This document shows, in pieces, positions 1-12,513 of a DNA stretch of 64,000 nucleotides. Source of the stretch: Tubulanus polymorphus (taxonomy: Eukaryota; Animalia; Nemertea); assembly GCF_964204645.1 (NCBI RefSeq), contig NC_134034.1:11916962-11980961 (forward strand), in the 5' to 3' direction. The translations under genes and the position numbers were made by a program. A model generated the notes under the pieces. The model did no database searches and was not told where the DNA came from. It saw nothing but the letters and a program-made list of their open reading frames with translations. Within the stretch, counting starts at the first letter, position 1. The number at the start of each line of letters is the position of its first letter.

Positions 1-756
1 TTAAATCTGTTTTTTATATTATGAAATGCGTCGTGAACGCCGAATAATAACAGGTTTACGCAGAGAAAAGAGATATTCAATTTTTCGTCTCTATTTTTTG
101 TCGAGGCGAATACCAGCGAATTGCCACGGAAAAATTTTTGGAAATAACTCCATTGCAAATTAGAAAACCCGACAGACCTTCAATAAGCTGAACGTTTCGT
201 GGCAATCAATCTGTAAACGCATTTTCTGAAAATCTAATAATATCAAATTTCTGTTCAATTCAGAGTGATTTTCACGGCAGGTTTAATCTTCCCGTTCGTC
301 CTCACTGTCTGTATATTCGATATCAGTTATCGTACGTAGCTCGTGTTGTGCTTTTGTGATTTGTGAGGCGTATAATCATTAATGTATAGAATTTTATCCG
401 AAATTTTACCGTTTAAAAAAAAAACCGCTGAATATCGTGTAAAATTGTGGAGTTGCTCATGACAAATCCATGGGGGGACTACCAATTGACCGGATTGAGA
501 CATACAGAATTTCTATGAAATCAACATGGAGAGTCCCATAACTCAGCCTGAGGAGTCCCTCTTACTCGGCCTGAGGACTCCCTGAACTCAGACAGCCCGA
601 GGAGTCCCTGAACTCGGCACAGAGAAGTCCATGAAACAGCCCGAAGAAGTCCATGAAACCAGCCCTGAGAGTCCAACCTGAAACCAGCCCCAATGAGTCA
701 ATGAAATCAGCCCCATAGCAGTCCCTGAAATCAGCCCTGTAGTAGTCTATGAAACC

Positions 757-934
757 AGGATTTAATCCGTGTAGGCTGAAATGGTCAAGTATTGAGGGTC
801 TGGACTGACTACCCGGATTTAATCTGTGTAGGCTGGAATGGTCAAGTATTGAGGGTCTGGACTGACTGCCCGGATTTAATCTGTGTAGGCTGGAATGGTC
901 CAGTATTGAGGGTCCGGACTGACTACCCGGATTT
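757..934. repeat. 57-bp tandem repeat x3 in the GPCR intron, preceded by a degenerate ~20-bp repeat (535-750)
   Basis: Unit GGATTTAATCTGTGTAGGCTGGAATGGTCAAGTATTGAGGGTCTGGACTGACTACCC. Confidence 0.9.
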
Positions 935-958
935 CCAATAAACGCATTTTCATCCTAC

Positions 959-1765
959 CTGCATTGGACCCCAGAAGACGACTTGGACGATCGCTATGGT
1001 GACGACGCCGAACGAGAACCTGCGTTCGTTCTTGCGTTCACGCGTGCTGCTTCTAGCGGCGGCGTTCAACGATATTATAGTCCCGATAGTGAACACGATA
1101 ATCGACAGCAACGCGAGTTCGTTCAAAACAAGAATCAACACCAAACTGATACGACGCGCGCCGCCCGCCTGAAAGTTGTAGCTACAAACGCCGGAGCTCG
1201 GGTAGAGGGCGATACAACCGTACCGGGTGAACGGAATCGCCGAAACGATCGCTGCGACGACGAATATCAGTGCGAGAATCGCGCCCCAAACGCGCAAACG
1301 TTTTAAATGCATTTGAAACTCGAACGGTTTATACGTGGCGAGAAAACGGATCAACGCGAGAGACGATACGATCATCGCCGATAGCAACTGGAAGAAATTA
1401 CCGGTGAACGCCATCAGGTTACACGACGCGACGCCGCCCGACCAGACGCCGCCGATCTGCGCTTTAATCAACATCGGATAGACGAACAGCGCCTGCAGGA
1501 AATCCGACGTCGACAACGCGAGTAGGTAAAACGTCGAACCGTTGCGCGATTCTTTACGCGTGCAGATTATCTTCGTCAGGATGACGATCGACAGGAAGTT
1601 GCCGATCGTCGTGAATATTCCGACCGTCGACGACACGACGAACTGAGGTTTGTTGACGTCGATTTTCAGACTGAAGTTTATCGGCGCGCATTGTTCGTCG
1701 CCGGCGCCGAGGATGGCCGCCGATGAGTTAGCCCACGCGTCGGGCTCCGCCGGTGTCGCTTCCAT
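959..1765 (-). CDS. Class A (rhodopsin-like) GPCR, prostanoid-receptor-like; first coding exon (TM1-TM6); final exon lies beyond the left edge of the window
   Basis: The ORF has six hydrophobic helices, TM1 GN, TM2 LALSTSDF, the TM3 Cys (SCNLMAF), a DRY-equivalent IRF, ECL2 LYPSSGVC (cf. prostanoid QxPGTWCF) and TM6 FWGP. It is interrupted by a phase-0 donor CAG|GTAGGA at 959/958, a TM6 intron position typical of prostanoid receptors. An acceptor at 1794 lies just upstream of the ATG. Confidence 0.8.
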
Positions 1766-2010
1766 CTTCCGAACCTTCGTCTCTCACTGCCGCCTGTCGA
1801 CGCGCGCGGTGCGAAAAAAAAGAAATTTTAAAAAGTTTTTAAAAAAATTTGGATCGAAATAACCGGAAATTGATTTAACAAAACTTAAGAATACTTTCTT
1901 ATTCTTAATACAGTTATTAATAGTAGTTTCAAATCGTTTAGAACCATCAATTGTCCAATTTATAAGCCTATCACCCAGCTTATTGGACTGCAGACTGGGG
2001 ATCTGACTCA

Positions 2011-2421
2011 CAGGGGCTCGTCACGATAGCTGGGGGTCCAAAATCACAGATTTGACCCAGTATCCTAGGTACCACCTATAAAAAAAGAAAAAAGAAGATT
2101 CTTTTTTTATAGGTGGTACCTAAGATACTGGGTCAAATCTTTGATTTTGGACCCCCAGCTATCGTGACGAGCCCCAGTGATCTGACTGGGGTTAAGTGGA
2201 AGTTGCATCTGCTTAAACTTGAAACGAAAACCTGTCTCCAACTTAAGTGAATTGAACTTCTGGTCATGTCTATATGAATCATCATCTGATTCAAATTGAC
2301 ACACTCACAGGGACTTGACACAAAATGATTTTGACCCCAGCATCCTAGGTACAAATATATAAAAAAATATATTTTTCTTATATATACTGGGGTCAAAATC
2401 CGTGTGTGTCAAGTCCCTGTG
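2011..2421. mobile_element. Two adjacent hairpin MITE-like elements (CACAGGG termini, TTTGACCCCAGTATC arms); relative at 35995-36090
   Basis: Near-perfect inverted repeats at about 2013-2177 and 2307-2421. Confidence 0.7.
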
Positions 2422-2489
2422 GACACACTTTTTTAAGTTCTACTACTTTTCTCTTAGTCTTAGTTAGGCTGTTTTAAAACTCACCACGT

Positions 2490-2770
2490 ACCGCGGTATG
2501 ACGACTGCTGCTGCTGCTGCTGTATTATTTCTACTAAATCATCACAAAACTATGTCAACCGTGTGAGAACAATTCCATCTGTATTTCAGAATGAACGCGA
2601 AAGTTTAATACCGAGTAGTCATCCAGCATCCACTTACGCGCGCCGGCTCATTCCAGCTCGACTATCAATCAGATGTTTTGTTCATCGGGGAAGTCCACGC
2701 GGACGCAAACCAGGAAGTAAACAAACCGCAGCCAATCAGCGATCTACGGTAGCGCCATAGGCGTCACGGC
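2490..2770 (-). promoter_or_regulatory. Probable promoter and non-coding first exon of the GPCR
   Basis: Minus-strand donor G|GTACGT at 2492/2491; CpG-rich patch with ETS-like GGAAGT motifs (about 2689 and 2713) and a CCAAT box (GCCAATCAG, 2731). Confidence 0.4.
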
Positions 2771-3494
2771 AGCTCGTTAGGCGTTTTAGGCCTCCATCAG
2801 GTTCGAGTCCCATTGCGAGACGGGATAATTCTTTTAAAATTATTTGCTTCGAAACGTACTTAAGATAATACTCTTGAAACCAGTTGAAATTAATAGCCTT
2901 TCGAAAACAATGAAAACATCATTCAAATATTTCACTGTGTAGTCACCACAGATGATAGCAAAATAGACACAAATCGAAATCAAATACCAAATCATTATCC
3001 TTATATTGTTTTATTCTATCTTATAGGTAGCTTTCGTTTTTATTTAAATGTGACATGCAATTCAGTTGATATTTCCTATTTTCAGTGTCCAAGCGCGACA
3101 AAAAAAAAACACTTTTTCTTGGAAAAATTTCTACGGCAAAAATCCAAGTTCTAAAAAAGCAATTTTTGCAGTTTAAAATGTAGGTTTTTAACTATACATG
3201 CTATAACAACAATCATATATATATATATATTTATAACTAAATACATAAATCTTACATATAAACCGGATTTTAGTAGACTTTTAAACGTTTTAAACCGGGT
3301 TTTTTTTTCAATCTTAACTTTTGATGCGTCATCATCAAATTCCGGCTGAACTCTAAATGCACTATACACGTTCATATATATAACCCATAAACAATGATTT
3401 GAAATAAGCAGGAATCAATCTCTAAGCCATCTATTTTGCCTATGCACATCATAGACCCTTCAACGAGTGAAGGTTGAAATTTGAGATAAGCCCA

Positions 3495-3770
3495 TTTTAG
3501 TTTGATAGGCAGTCTTACAACTTAAGTCTAAGCTCATCATTTTGGTTCTATAAACAATCTTACAACTCAAGACCAGTCTAAGCCTATTTTGGTTCCATAG
3601 CCAATCTTACAACTTAAGACCAGTCTGAGCTCATCATTTTGGTTCTATAGACAATGTAACATCTTAAGACCAGTGTAAGCTCATTTAGGTTCTATCGCCA
3701 ATCTTACAACTTAAGACCAGTCTAAGCTGATTTTAGTTCTATAGCCTATTTAACAACTCATTTTGTTGGT
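3495..3770. repeat. ~45-50-bp minisatellite derived from the interior of a Harbinger-like MITE; second array at 28690-29030
   Basis: Unit CTATAGCCAATCTTACAACTTAAGACCAGTCTAAGCTCATTTTGGTT matches the inside of the element at 17440-17578. Confidence 0.8.
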
Positions 3771-4202
3771 CCTATGGCTGATCGAACAACATCGAAGGCC
3801 ATTTTTGGAATTCCATCCCATTGTGCTACTGAATCTTAGAATAAATTCAATATCAGTTGATTTAATATAAGCCCCTCTCAAGCTAAAACCGACCCCTGCA
3901 AACATCTAGTGATTTGGAATCAGACCACAAATAAACCTCATTGAAGCCATTAAGTTTTCTAGAAGGATCTTAGGAAGCTAATAAGCGCCGATTTCAATCT
4001 CAATATCACCGGACTAAGTCACCAGAGAGATCACTGATCCAAACATTTCAATATCGGAAAACAATCCCAGTCAATTCATATATGTGGAACTTTTAGGACT
4101 ATGGGTTACGGGCAAGCGAATTGTTGACCTCAATTTTAGTCATTTACAAAATAAAAGCAATTTTTACATAAATAGATTTTATACACATATAGACACATAC
4201 AT

Positions 4203-4241
<39 letters not shown>

Positions 4242-4625
4242 GCTGAGCTATGATAATATTAATATTAATAACAGTAATTATATTCATACAGTATTATTAT
4301 CAACTGGCATAATAATTAGTTAGACTACTATGTGTATAGTCGTCATAGAAGGCATAAAATATTAATTTCGGTTTCCTTCATGAATTTTAGCACAATTCAA
4401 TTTTCGAACAGCTTTCATAATTTGCTTCGCATTAACTATCGAAATTTTGAGACTATGACTCTGAGAGACCCATATCTCTCACTTCCTCGTCTACAAGTAA
4501 CAATACTCAAACAATTACGCGTAATCATAATAATTCTACTCTTAATAAACAGCTGCTCAAGATCTTACTCTCAAACTCAGTCTGTAAGACTCTTCTCTTG
4601 GTTCTCTTGACGCCCTTTAGATCGA

Positions 4626-7600
4626 TTACTGATTATTCTTCAACTCGTCCCCCCCAGCGCCCCCGCCCCCGCCCGAACCCCCGCTGCTGCTGTTATTCAT
4701 CAGTTTTAATATGGACATATGTTGCACCGAGTAACCGGGAACGTTGACCAGTTCTTTCGGTACAACGCGAGCTCCCGCGACGGCGTGCGCGGCAGACGAC
4801 GACGACGAACCCGTCTGCTGCGTCGTCGAGTGACCTTGACTGTGTTGTTTACGCAGTAGCAGACGCCGCGCTTGAACGCATTTATCGGTGGCCGCGGCGT
4901 TTAATAAACTCTCACGAACATCGGGGAAGTTTTCACGCACGAACGCTACACAAATATAAAATACCAATTAGATGATGTCATAGGAGGAATCAACGGAGGT
5001 AGACAACATGGAAGCACCCATTAATTTAGTAAATCGATTATATCATAGGGTGAATCGACAGAGGTAATCAACTTTTCTGGAAGCATCTATTTAGTAAATT
5101 GATGATGTCATACGGGGAATCTAAGGACGCAGACGACTTTTCTGGAAGCACCCATTAATTTAGTAAATCGATTATATCATAGGGGGAATCGACAGAGGTA
5201 ACCAACTTTTCTGGAAGCATCTATTTAGTAAATTGATGATGTCATACGGGGAATCTAAGGACGCAGACGACTTTTCTGGAAACACCCATTGATTTAGCAA
5301 AATCGATGATGTCATAGGGGGATTTTTATGGAGGCAGTTGTATTTTCTGGAAGCGTCCATTGAAGAACGTACCTTTTATTGCGCTCATGATCAGCGGGTC
5401 GAGTTTTTTCTTGATTTTACCCTCGCCGGTTAACGACGATTCGGCCAGCGTCAGATTATCGTAGAATATATCCATCAGATAGCGTAAAACGGCGGTGGCG
5501 CTTCCTTTACCCTTCCTCAGACTGTTCTCTAACTCGTTGCGCGGTAAGTGAATATCATACTCTGAATGAAGCCTCACCTGAAAATTAAAACAACAACAGA
5601 TATAGGTTATATAGCAGGGGAATTGTGCGGCCAGATTCACAAAAAGGTTTCACTCTTAAATCGATTTAATTTCTTCATTAATTCAGTTCATCTTAAATCG
5701 ATTAAGGCCTTAATCCTTTTTGTGAAACTGCAGGGTTTCCAGTGGTAAGGCCAGGGTAAAAAGAAGTACTTTTTCGGCAATTTTAGGGACTTTTTGACTC
5801 GGGAAGAAGTACTTTCCAGAAAAATGAGGTCATACATTTCAGGGTAATTTTTCAATCTTACTGATAATTGAATTACCAGACCTGGCCCTGAGTAAGAAAA
5901 TACTTCAACAGTCGAATTCGCGACAAAATTGCGCGCAAAGATACGTAAAAACCAAATTTAGAAGGACTTTTTTATCAAAAGGAAGGACTTAGAGTCAAAA
6001 AGGCGGACAAAGATAATGTTTGTCCAAACTTTTTCCATAAGAAGGACAAAGAAGGATTTGGAAGGATCGCTGGAAACCATGAACTGGGCCCTGGAGGCGA
6101 TGCCAGTTGAGAGGATTATTTGCGGGAGGGGTATGCCAGTTCAGGGGTATGTTCACAGGAGGGGATGCCAGTTCAGGGGTATATACACAGTAGGGGATCC
6201 CAGGTATGGACGCGGGTTCAGATTCAGGGGATTCAGTTTTTCAGGGGTAATGTACGCAAGAAAAGGAAGGCGAGGAATCGAGAGATTTGTTCGAACCACG
6301 CATGAGTTTAGACGCCGCTCAAGTTTAGTTTCTGGACTGACCTTTTCGGATTTGATCACCTTGCCGCCGATGTCAGTTGCCGACGACGACGATGATGACG
6401 TGATCGGAGTCGTTTCTATTTGAAGAGCGAGATGAGGATCGGTTGACTCCGACGGCGTTGTCGGTACCGATATCGTCAGAGGAGAAATCGGTATCTGAAC
6501 CTGTCGTCAAAATTACATTAAATACGATTAAAACCCGTTGATGAAACACTCCCTAGTAGGCGTTATGATAAAAGAAAATCCATAACTCGGGAAATAAAAT
6601 GCAGTCCATTTCGAATATTTCTTACTACAGTGGACTCTGCTTAAAGCAGGACTGGTTTATTCGGTAATCCGTTCAAACCAGTAGAATAATGAAAATATTT
6701 TCTGTCCTCAATGCGAGAAAATCTGAAAATCTTTACCGGTTAGTTGTCGAATAAACACTATAATCCGTGTAAACTGTTGATAAATGAAGAAATCCCACAC
6801 TTCGAATTTGAAATTATACTATCAAATTTATTATTACGAAACCACAACGTTTCGGCTGTTGACTGACAGCCATCATCAGGGGGCATGACCAGAAAAACAA
6901 TGCTTTGTAACTTGTTTTTCTGGTCATTCCACCTGATGATGGCTGTCAGTCAACAGCCGAAACGTTGTGGTTTCGTAATAATAAATTTGATAGTATAATT
7001 TCAAATTCGAAGTGTGGGATTTCTTCATTTATCTATACCGGTATTTGCCTGGTAACAAACATTCTGCCGGAGCTGGGGCTATCCCTATATATGGGCGCAG
7101 TCTACTGTAGAACATAGTAATGGTAGTATTCCTGAAGATGACTATCTATTAGGATATAGTCAAAACATTGAAAATTGGATATAGTCGAAACAGTGAATAT
7201 GAACAATACCTTCAAGGAAACTTATTAAGACCCTTTTTTCCTCCTGAGTCAGGAATTTTCGTTTATATCCTCATAAAAGTTCAACTGAATATCTATTTAC
7301 ATTTCGAGTGTTGATCGAAAGTTGTTTCAGGCTAGTAATGGATGGATAAGTGAAATAGCGACTTTTGTAATTGTAATTGTCGCTGTGGTGTAAATCTGAT
7401 GGCAAATGATAACCAACATTAAACGTTGATGATAAGTACCTGCACTTGGTACGGTTGAACTGCCGATTGTTTGATGACGGTAGTTGGCGTGGCGTGCGGC
7501 GTTGAACTGGTCGCTGCTGCTGCTGATGATGATGGCGTAGACGGTGGCAGTGGCGGTGTGGTATTACCGTGCGGTGGCGGTGACGACTGCGTACCGTGCG

Positions 7601-10539
7601 TCACCTGCACCAGTGTCAGCAGACGGCGCATGTACGCGGTAATCTCTGGCGTCGGAAGAACTAGAAAAATAAACCACATTCATACAGTAAAACTACGAGT
7701 GATCTTTAGTCTTAAGACTGGTCCTAACTTGTTAGATTGACTAGAGGACTAAAATGGTCTTAGGGCTAAGAATTGGACGGTAGGGACTTGTGCCCGGTCC
7801 GGTGTAGTCTGTTTAACTTACGTTCAGCGTACATTTTGCGCAGCGTCTCCAGTTCGAGCTGTTTCGCTCGCAGCATTCCTAACAGTTCCGTAATCAGCTG
7901 CTCTTTCACCTGGCAACCGTCGCAATTATTGCGCAACAGATTCGGCAACACGCCTCCGTTAGTCGACGGCGCGGACGTCGCCGTAGCGACCGCTGCCTGC
8001 GCCGGTTGAGTGTTGCCGAGGTTGGTCATGCTCGACGCGAGCGCCGCCAGCGTGTTGAAGCTGCTCAGGTTGTTAGTAGCGGCTGCAGCAGTGAGACCGG
8101 AGTGATGAGGATGCTGCGTGGTAACCGCCGCCGGGTAGGCGACCACGTGCGTGTCCGACAACGAGGCCAACGAGGTCATCACGTTCTGTACTGTGGTCGC
8201 GTTCCTGAGAAAATAAAATTCACAATTAAAACGTCGCGCTGTAACGAAATCGAAACAAGTCAATTATGGACAACATGACTTTCAATGAAATCCTGTAAAA
8301 CATCACTGTGACTTTCACCTAATGTTCCAGGGGCCGGTTTTAGAGACTGGTATTATCTTTTACCCAGCGGTTAATGCAGCTGAAAATGAATTGAGTTAGC
8401 GCCTGGGTTAAAGACAATACCAGTTTATAAAACTGCTCCTGAGTTTCAGTAAACTAAGCAAACATCTAAATAATTGACTAGTGTCATAGGGGAGGCAGTT
8501 ATCTTTTCCATAAGAATATAGGGAGCAAATTACCGGGTAATGATGTCATAGGGGGATGCAGGGAAACAGCCATTTTTCCTGTTGAATGGATGTACGGAGC
8601 AAAATAATGATGTCATAGGGGGATTCAAGGAGGTAGTTATTTTTTCCGTAAGGATATATAGTAAGCAATTCAATGATGTCATAGGGGGAATGGAACCGAG
8701 TACTTACAGGGTGGATTGTAAATGCTGATTTGTTTTATGATGCTGTGTTGAACCGGCCGCCGCGGCAACCGTCAGCGGTATATTGTACTTGGTCGCTATC
8801 GTAACGGCCGGGTCGTGATAGACCAGGCGTTGACGTTTCGGTTCCGGCTCACCGGGGGCGCCGCTGTCGCCTTGACCTCGATGGTGCGAGATCGTCGTAT
8901 TTATGGTCGGTACTCGAATACTCATATCTTGCGGTTGAACGGAGGAAGAGGACGACATGTTACTGGTAGACGGTAGCCTCATTCCGGTGTTACTGAAATC
9001 TGTTGAGTCTGTCAATCAAAATACAATCAGTTTTAAAAGTAGAGACTAAACGCTTGCAGTGCATCTACACCGCAGTGCGGTGTATAAATCGGCGATGGAC
9101 TTCGCTAGTACAGCGCACTGCGGTGTATGAATGCTATTAGTTCTCTATTGAAAGATGGCAGCACCTGTTTAACAGAGTGAATAGTAACTAACAATACACC
9201 GCACCGCGGTGTAGGTGCACTAGTGGTATGCCCGTTATTCACTGGGGTGGAATTTTTGAAATTTTCAAATTATCCCAAGCTCTTTTACAAAATCAATTAA
9301 TCCGCACCGAAAGAGTTAAACTCAAGATAAATATTGCAACAAGTTCCATTGAAATTGAAAAATTTGAACTGACATTATTTGTGATTTGAAAATATTTTGG
9401 GTTATTGAATCCGACTTCATTGTCGTACTGCACATTAACTAAATCCTCACTTGCAATAAGTGGAATCCCCTATTGCAGCAGTAGCTGATGTCCTACAGCA
9501 CACTAGCGACATCTAGTGGATCCTCGCTTGCTGTAGTCGAGTCCATGTTTTAGACTTACTTGTTAGAGGTTTATGTGCGTGCGGAGGCGATGAGTCCGGA
9601 CTTTGTAACGCTCCGTAAATTACTTCCAGCGCTTTTGGTTCTAATTTCATTCCTTGTTCTTCGTCCGACAAATCGCTGTTTACCTCATTCTCATCATCTT
9701 CACCGTCGTTATTATTATTATCGTGATTATCAGTATTATTATTATTAATTGAAGTACTTATATGCTCTTGACGACTTGGGCCTGAAATAAGGAAAAATAA
9801 ATAGAATGTCCTGCAAAGAAATTCTTCTTTTTCATTAGAAGAAACTCCATTATTTACTGCCCACATTTCAATAGAATTTCAACTTCTTCCAAATTATGAT
9901 TCATAACTGAATTAGGCGGATTCTTTAATATTCAATACTAGACTTATTCGAAGAGGCATCTAATTACCTCTAGGCTTATTGATTAATTACTGGAAATCCT
10001 GTTAATTAGTCTGTTAATTAGCAATCATGTTAGTTAACAAAACTGTTAATTAGGCCCACTGGTAGTAGGTTAATTCACATGCTTAACTAATGATTTTTGG
10101 GCTTAATCGCACTACTTCTATTGCTAATTATTCAATTAGCCTAATTAGTTATCATTTTAAATGTTTTCTGAGTAGTTAGCAATTCAACTTGATTCAAATG
10201 TAATTAACTATAAAATTCAATTTAATTATCCCGTCAGTCGGCGCCTAATTAGAAATTTAATTTAATTTATGTAGATGAGATCAACCAATTTCCCCTTTCG
10301 CTACCCCCAGGTCTTTATTTAATCAATCATATTATTACCAGAAAGACTAATTAGGCCATGTGTACAGGGAGCCAATGTTTTTGTTTACATGTTTATTGGA
10401 CGTGCTTGTAATTACGATATGCTCCCCGTCCCTTCCTTGGGCTTTCTCTCAACTCAGTTTCACAGCAGCCTCTGAAATCTTTCAAATGTCAAACAGTAAA
10501 CGGGCACTTACCGACGTTTTTGGGCATGTTATGCGCCAT
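4626..10539 (-). CDS. BEN-domain-containing nuclear protein (about 612 aa, 8 coding exons)
   Basis: Exons 10539-10512, 9781-9560, 9008-8708, 8204-7822, 7660-7440, 6500-6342, 5577-5373, 4945-4626. All introns are GT-AG with compatible phases; total 1839 nt. C-terminal BEN domain: SATAVLRYLMDIFYDNLTLAESSLTGEGKIKKKLDPLIMSAIKAFVRENFPDVRESLLNAAATDKCVQARR. Also a coiled coil, an NLS-like PKRQRL and low-complexity S/T/A tracts. Confidence 0.85.
4972..5360 (+). repeat. Dispersed GATGTCATAGGGGGATTTATGGAGGCAG repeat family; also at 8480-8690, 18720-18850, 25940-26240, 32090-32580 and traces at 59700-59855
   Basis: Recurring core GATGATGTCATAGGGGGA followed by TGGAGGCAG.CATCTTTTCT in irregular tandem clusters. 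Confidence 0.85.
6779..7033. mobile_element. Fold-back element (~120-bp arms) with a hammerhead motif in each arm; probable Penelope-like retroelement terminal remnant
   Basis: Near-perfect inverted repeat with AAATCCCACA...TGTGGGATTT termini. Confidence 0.75.
6929..6970 (+). ncRNA. Minimal type I hammerhead ribozyme motif
   Basis: CCAC-CTGATGA-T-GGCTGT(cagtca)ACAGCC-GAAACGTT-GTGG: core CUGANGA and GAAA, stem I CCAC/GUGG, 6-bp stem II, palindromic ACGU stem III, GUU triplet. Confidence 0.65.
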
Positions 10540-11340
10540 AAAATATCACGGCTTCATGCTCGGTTCTCTCTGACATTCGCCGGGTTGACTTTGAATTCGA
10601 TTCGACGATGAAAACGGTCCGAAATTCAGCACTAATTAACGACACTTCGATTGACATGAGCATGTATCGATCGCGGCTCGCATTAAACATGCGGGTAACA
10701 TTTGCATGTCGTTAACTCCACAGAGCATGTCACATGACCTTATGACATGCGATCGGATCCAATCGGAATCGATCGACGAGCGCCGACGGAAATATCCGAA
10801 TACGCTGTCGGTAATCTTCGCGGCGTTACGCGGTCGTTCCGGAACTTACCGAAGATAGCGCCGGGAATCTCAGTGCCCGAATATTTTCTGTGATGATTAA
10901 TGTTCCTCAAAATAAATCTCTTCAATTCAAGAATTTTTCATCTCGGACTGAATCATTGTGGGATTTCTCACGTCATCCATCTTACACGTAGACTGGTTGC
11001 AGGTCTCTGATAACTACTAACCGAGGCGACCAGTCTATCTTCTCGACTCATTTTCTGTGATATCATCGTCATTCATGACTTTATTTATCGATCGAAATCT
11101 AAAGATACTTTTTCATGCTAGGATCTGTCGAATGAAGCGAACAAACCGCGACCTAATTAATGAACCCCGCAATAAAATTCATTTAAATTCGTCCCGTTGC
11201 CAGCTGCGGTAGGCGACTATGGAATCTGAATTGAAGCGTCTGACAACAGTCAAATTTCCAGTTTTTCTCTTATCTCTCGCTCTCGAATAACGATATTTTA
11301 ATACGTAAACGCGATAAACAGAAGAGATAAAAGTAAGTTT
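10540..11340. promoter_or_regulatory. Probable shared (bidirectional) CpG-rich promoter region of the BEN gene (minus) and ABCB1 (plus)
   Basis: Genes diverge from a CpG-rich island at about 10600-10900. Candidate plus-strand 5'UTR donors at 11333 (GTAAGT) and 11531 (GTATGG); acceptor at 12739 before the ABCB1 ATG exon. Confidence 0.5.
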
Positions 11341-11543
11341 AACACTTATTCGAGTGATGGATCGATAAATGATTCATAAAAAAGAGAATCGAAACAGCGT
11401 CTGACAACCAAGTCAAATTTAAATCTGCTCTCTCTGCTGAAATTTATTCACGTGGGACTGTGGGTTCTGACTTTTTTACGTAATTACGAGATCATTTCAA
11501 TCGATGACGGTAACTGAAAGGATTTTCAAGGTATGGTTATTGA

Positions 11544-11758
11544 GGTAAAAGTGCAGATCCGCACCTCTCCGCGTAAACAGTTCAATCAATTACATGAAAT
11601 ATCATTGTTTCAGATTCAAAATGTCATCAGCAATTCATAATAACATTGCCATTGGACTTGGTTGATTTTAAGATATCTTCATTAGAAAGATTTTAGACTG
11701 GATTCTGTCATTCAGTAGATTGCGTCAATCACGAGAGGTTCGGATCTGCACTTTTACC
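11544..11758. mobile_element. MITE with ~26-bp terminal inverted repeats
   Basis: GGTAAAAGTGCAGATCCGCACCTCTC ... GAGAGGTTCGGATCTGCACTTTTACC. Confidence 0.7.
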
Positions 11759-12004
11759 GGTTACTGACTGTGTGGTGGTTAGGGCGTTGTTAACGTTCAA
11801 ATTTTAGGGTGTGGTTAGAAAAATATCCTCCTACTACTACTGTCTGTCACACCTGCTCTGAAAGAAAGTAGTTAACGTTAGTTACCTAATCGTTGGTGGT
11901 AAGCTTTTCATAATCAGTGTGGTGTGTGAAAATATCCGATCGTGAAACTTAACCTCAGACAGGTTACTGACTACATCGAGTACTACAGGACTTTTGGGGG
12001 AAGC

Positions 12005-12513
12005 TAATGTCTGTTTCAACTTGGCTTGAGAGCACATCATGTGGCCTAACTCAGTCAGTTTTGGCGCTACATACCTGATAAAAGTCTTATTAGGACCAGA
12101 ATGCACTGGCAGTCGACCTAAAACATTGATTTTTAATCCATTTTTAAACTGTGTTGAAGGATATCCAAAAAGTCTTCATTGAAAGGGGTTCATGAGAGAA
12201 AAGTGACTCCATGATTTGAAAGTTTTAACAATATGTCTCCATGCCTACCGACTGAAATGTGATACGTAGGCATGGAAACATATTGTTAAACTTTCAAATC
12301 ATGGAGTCACTTCTCTTCATTTAACCCCTTTCAGTGAAGACTTTTTGGATATCCTTCAATACAGTTTCAAATGGATTAAAAAATGATGATTTAGGTCGAC
12401 TGCCAGTCCTTTCTGGTCCTATTAAGACCTTTATCAGGTATGTAGGCCTACTACCAAAACTGAGTGAGCTAGGCCACCCGGAATGCTCTCAAGTCAGGTT
12501 GAAATAGTCAATA
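12005..12513. mobile_element. ~500-bp fold-back (fully palindromic) DNA element, nested inside an older inverted repeat (about 11885-12597)
   Basis: ~240-bp arms (TGTCT.TTTCAAC...GTTGAAATAG.CA). Other copies: 20737-21235, a half copy at 21476-21690 and an internally deleted copy at 27127-27343. Confidence 0.85.

Larger units (their letters stand above)
6628..7107. mobile_element. Degenerate Tc1/mariner-like non-autonomous element hosting a fold-back insertion
   Basis: TA|CAGTGGACTCTGC ... GCGCAGTCTACTG|TA termini. Confidence 0.45.

Noticed and set aside
983-1306. Antisense or alternate-frame ORFs over real exons (also 7471-7740, 7773-8278, 19164-19511, 42922-43170, 50877-51134)
   Set aside because: Shadow ORFs caused by GC-rich codon usage on the coding strand
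2765-2825. Possible tRNA (GGTTCGAGTCCC B-box)
   Set aside because: No acceptor stem, D-arm or anticodon arm could be folded
6016-6423. 135-aa plus-strand ORF
   Set aside because: Spans a transposon remnant, a short degenerate repeat and the antisense of a BEN exon; no recognisable domain
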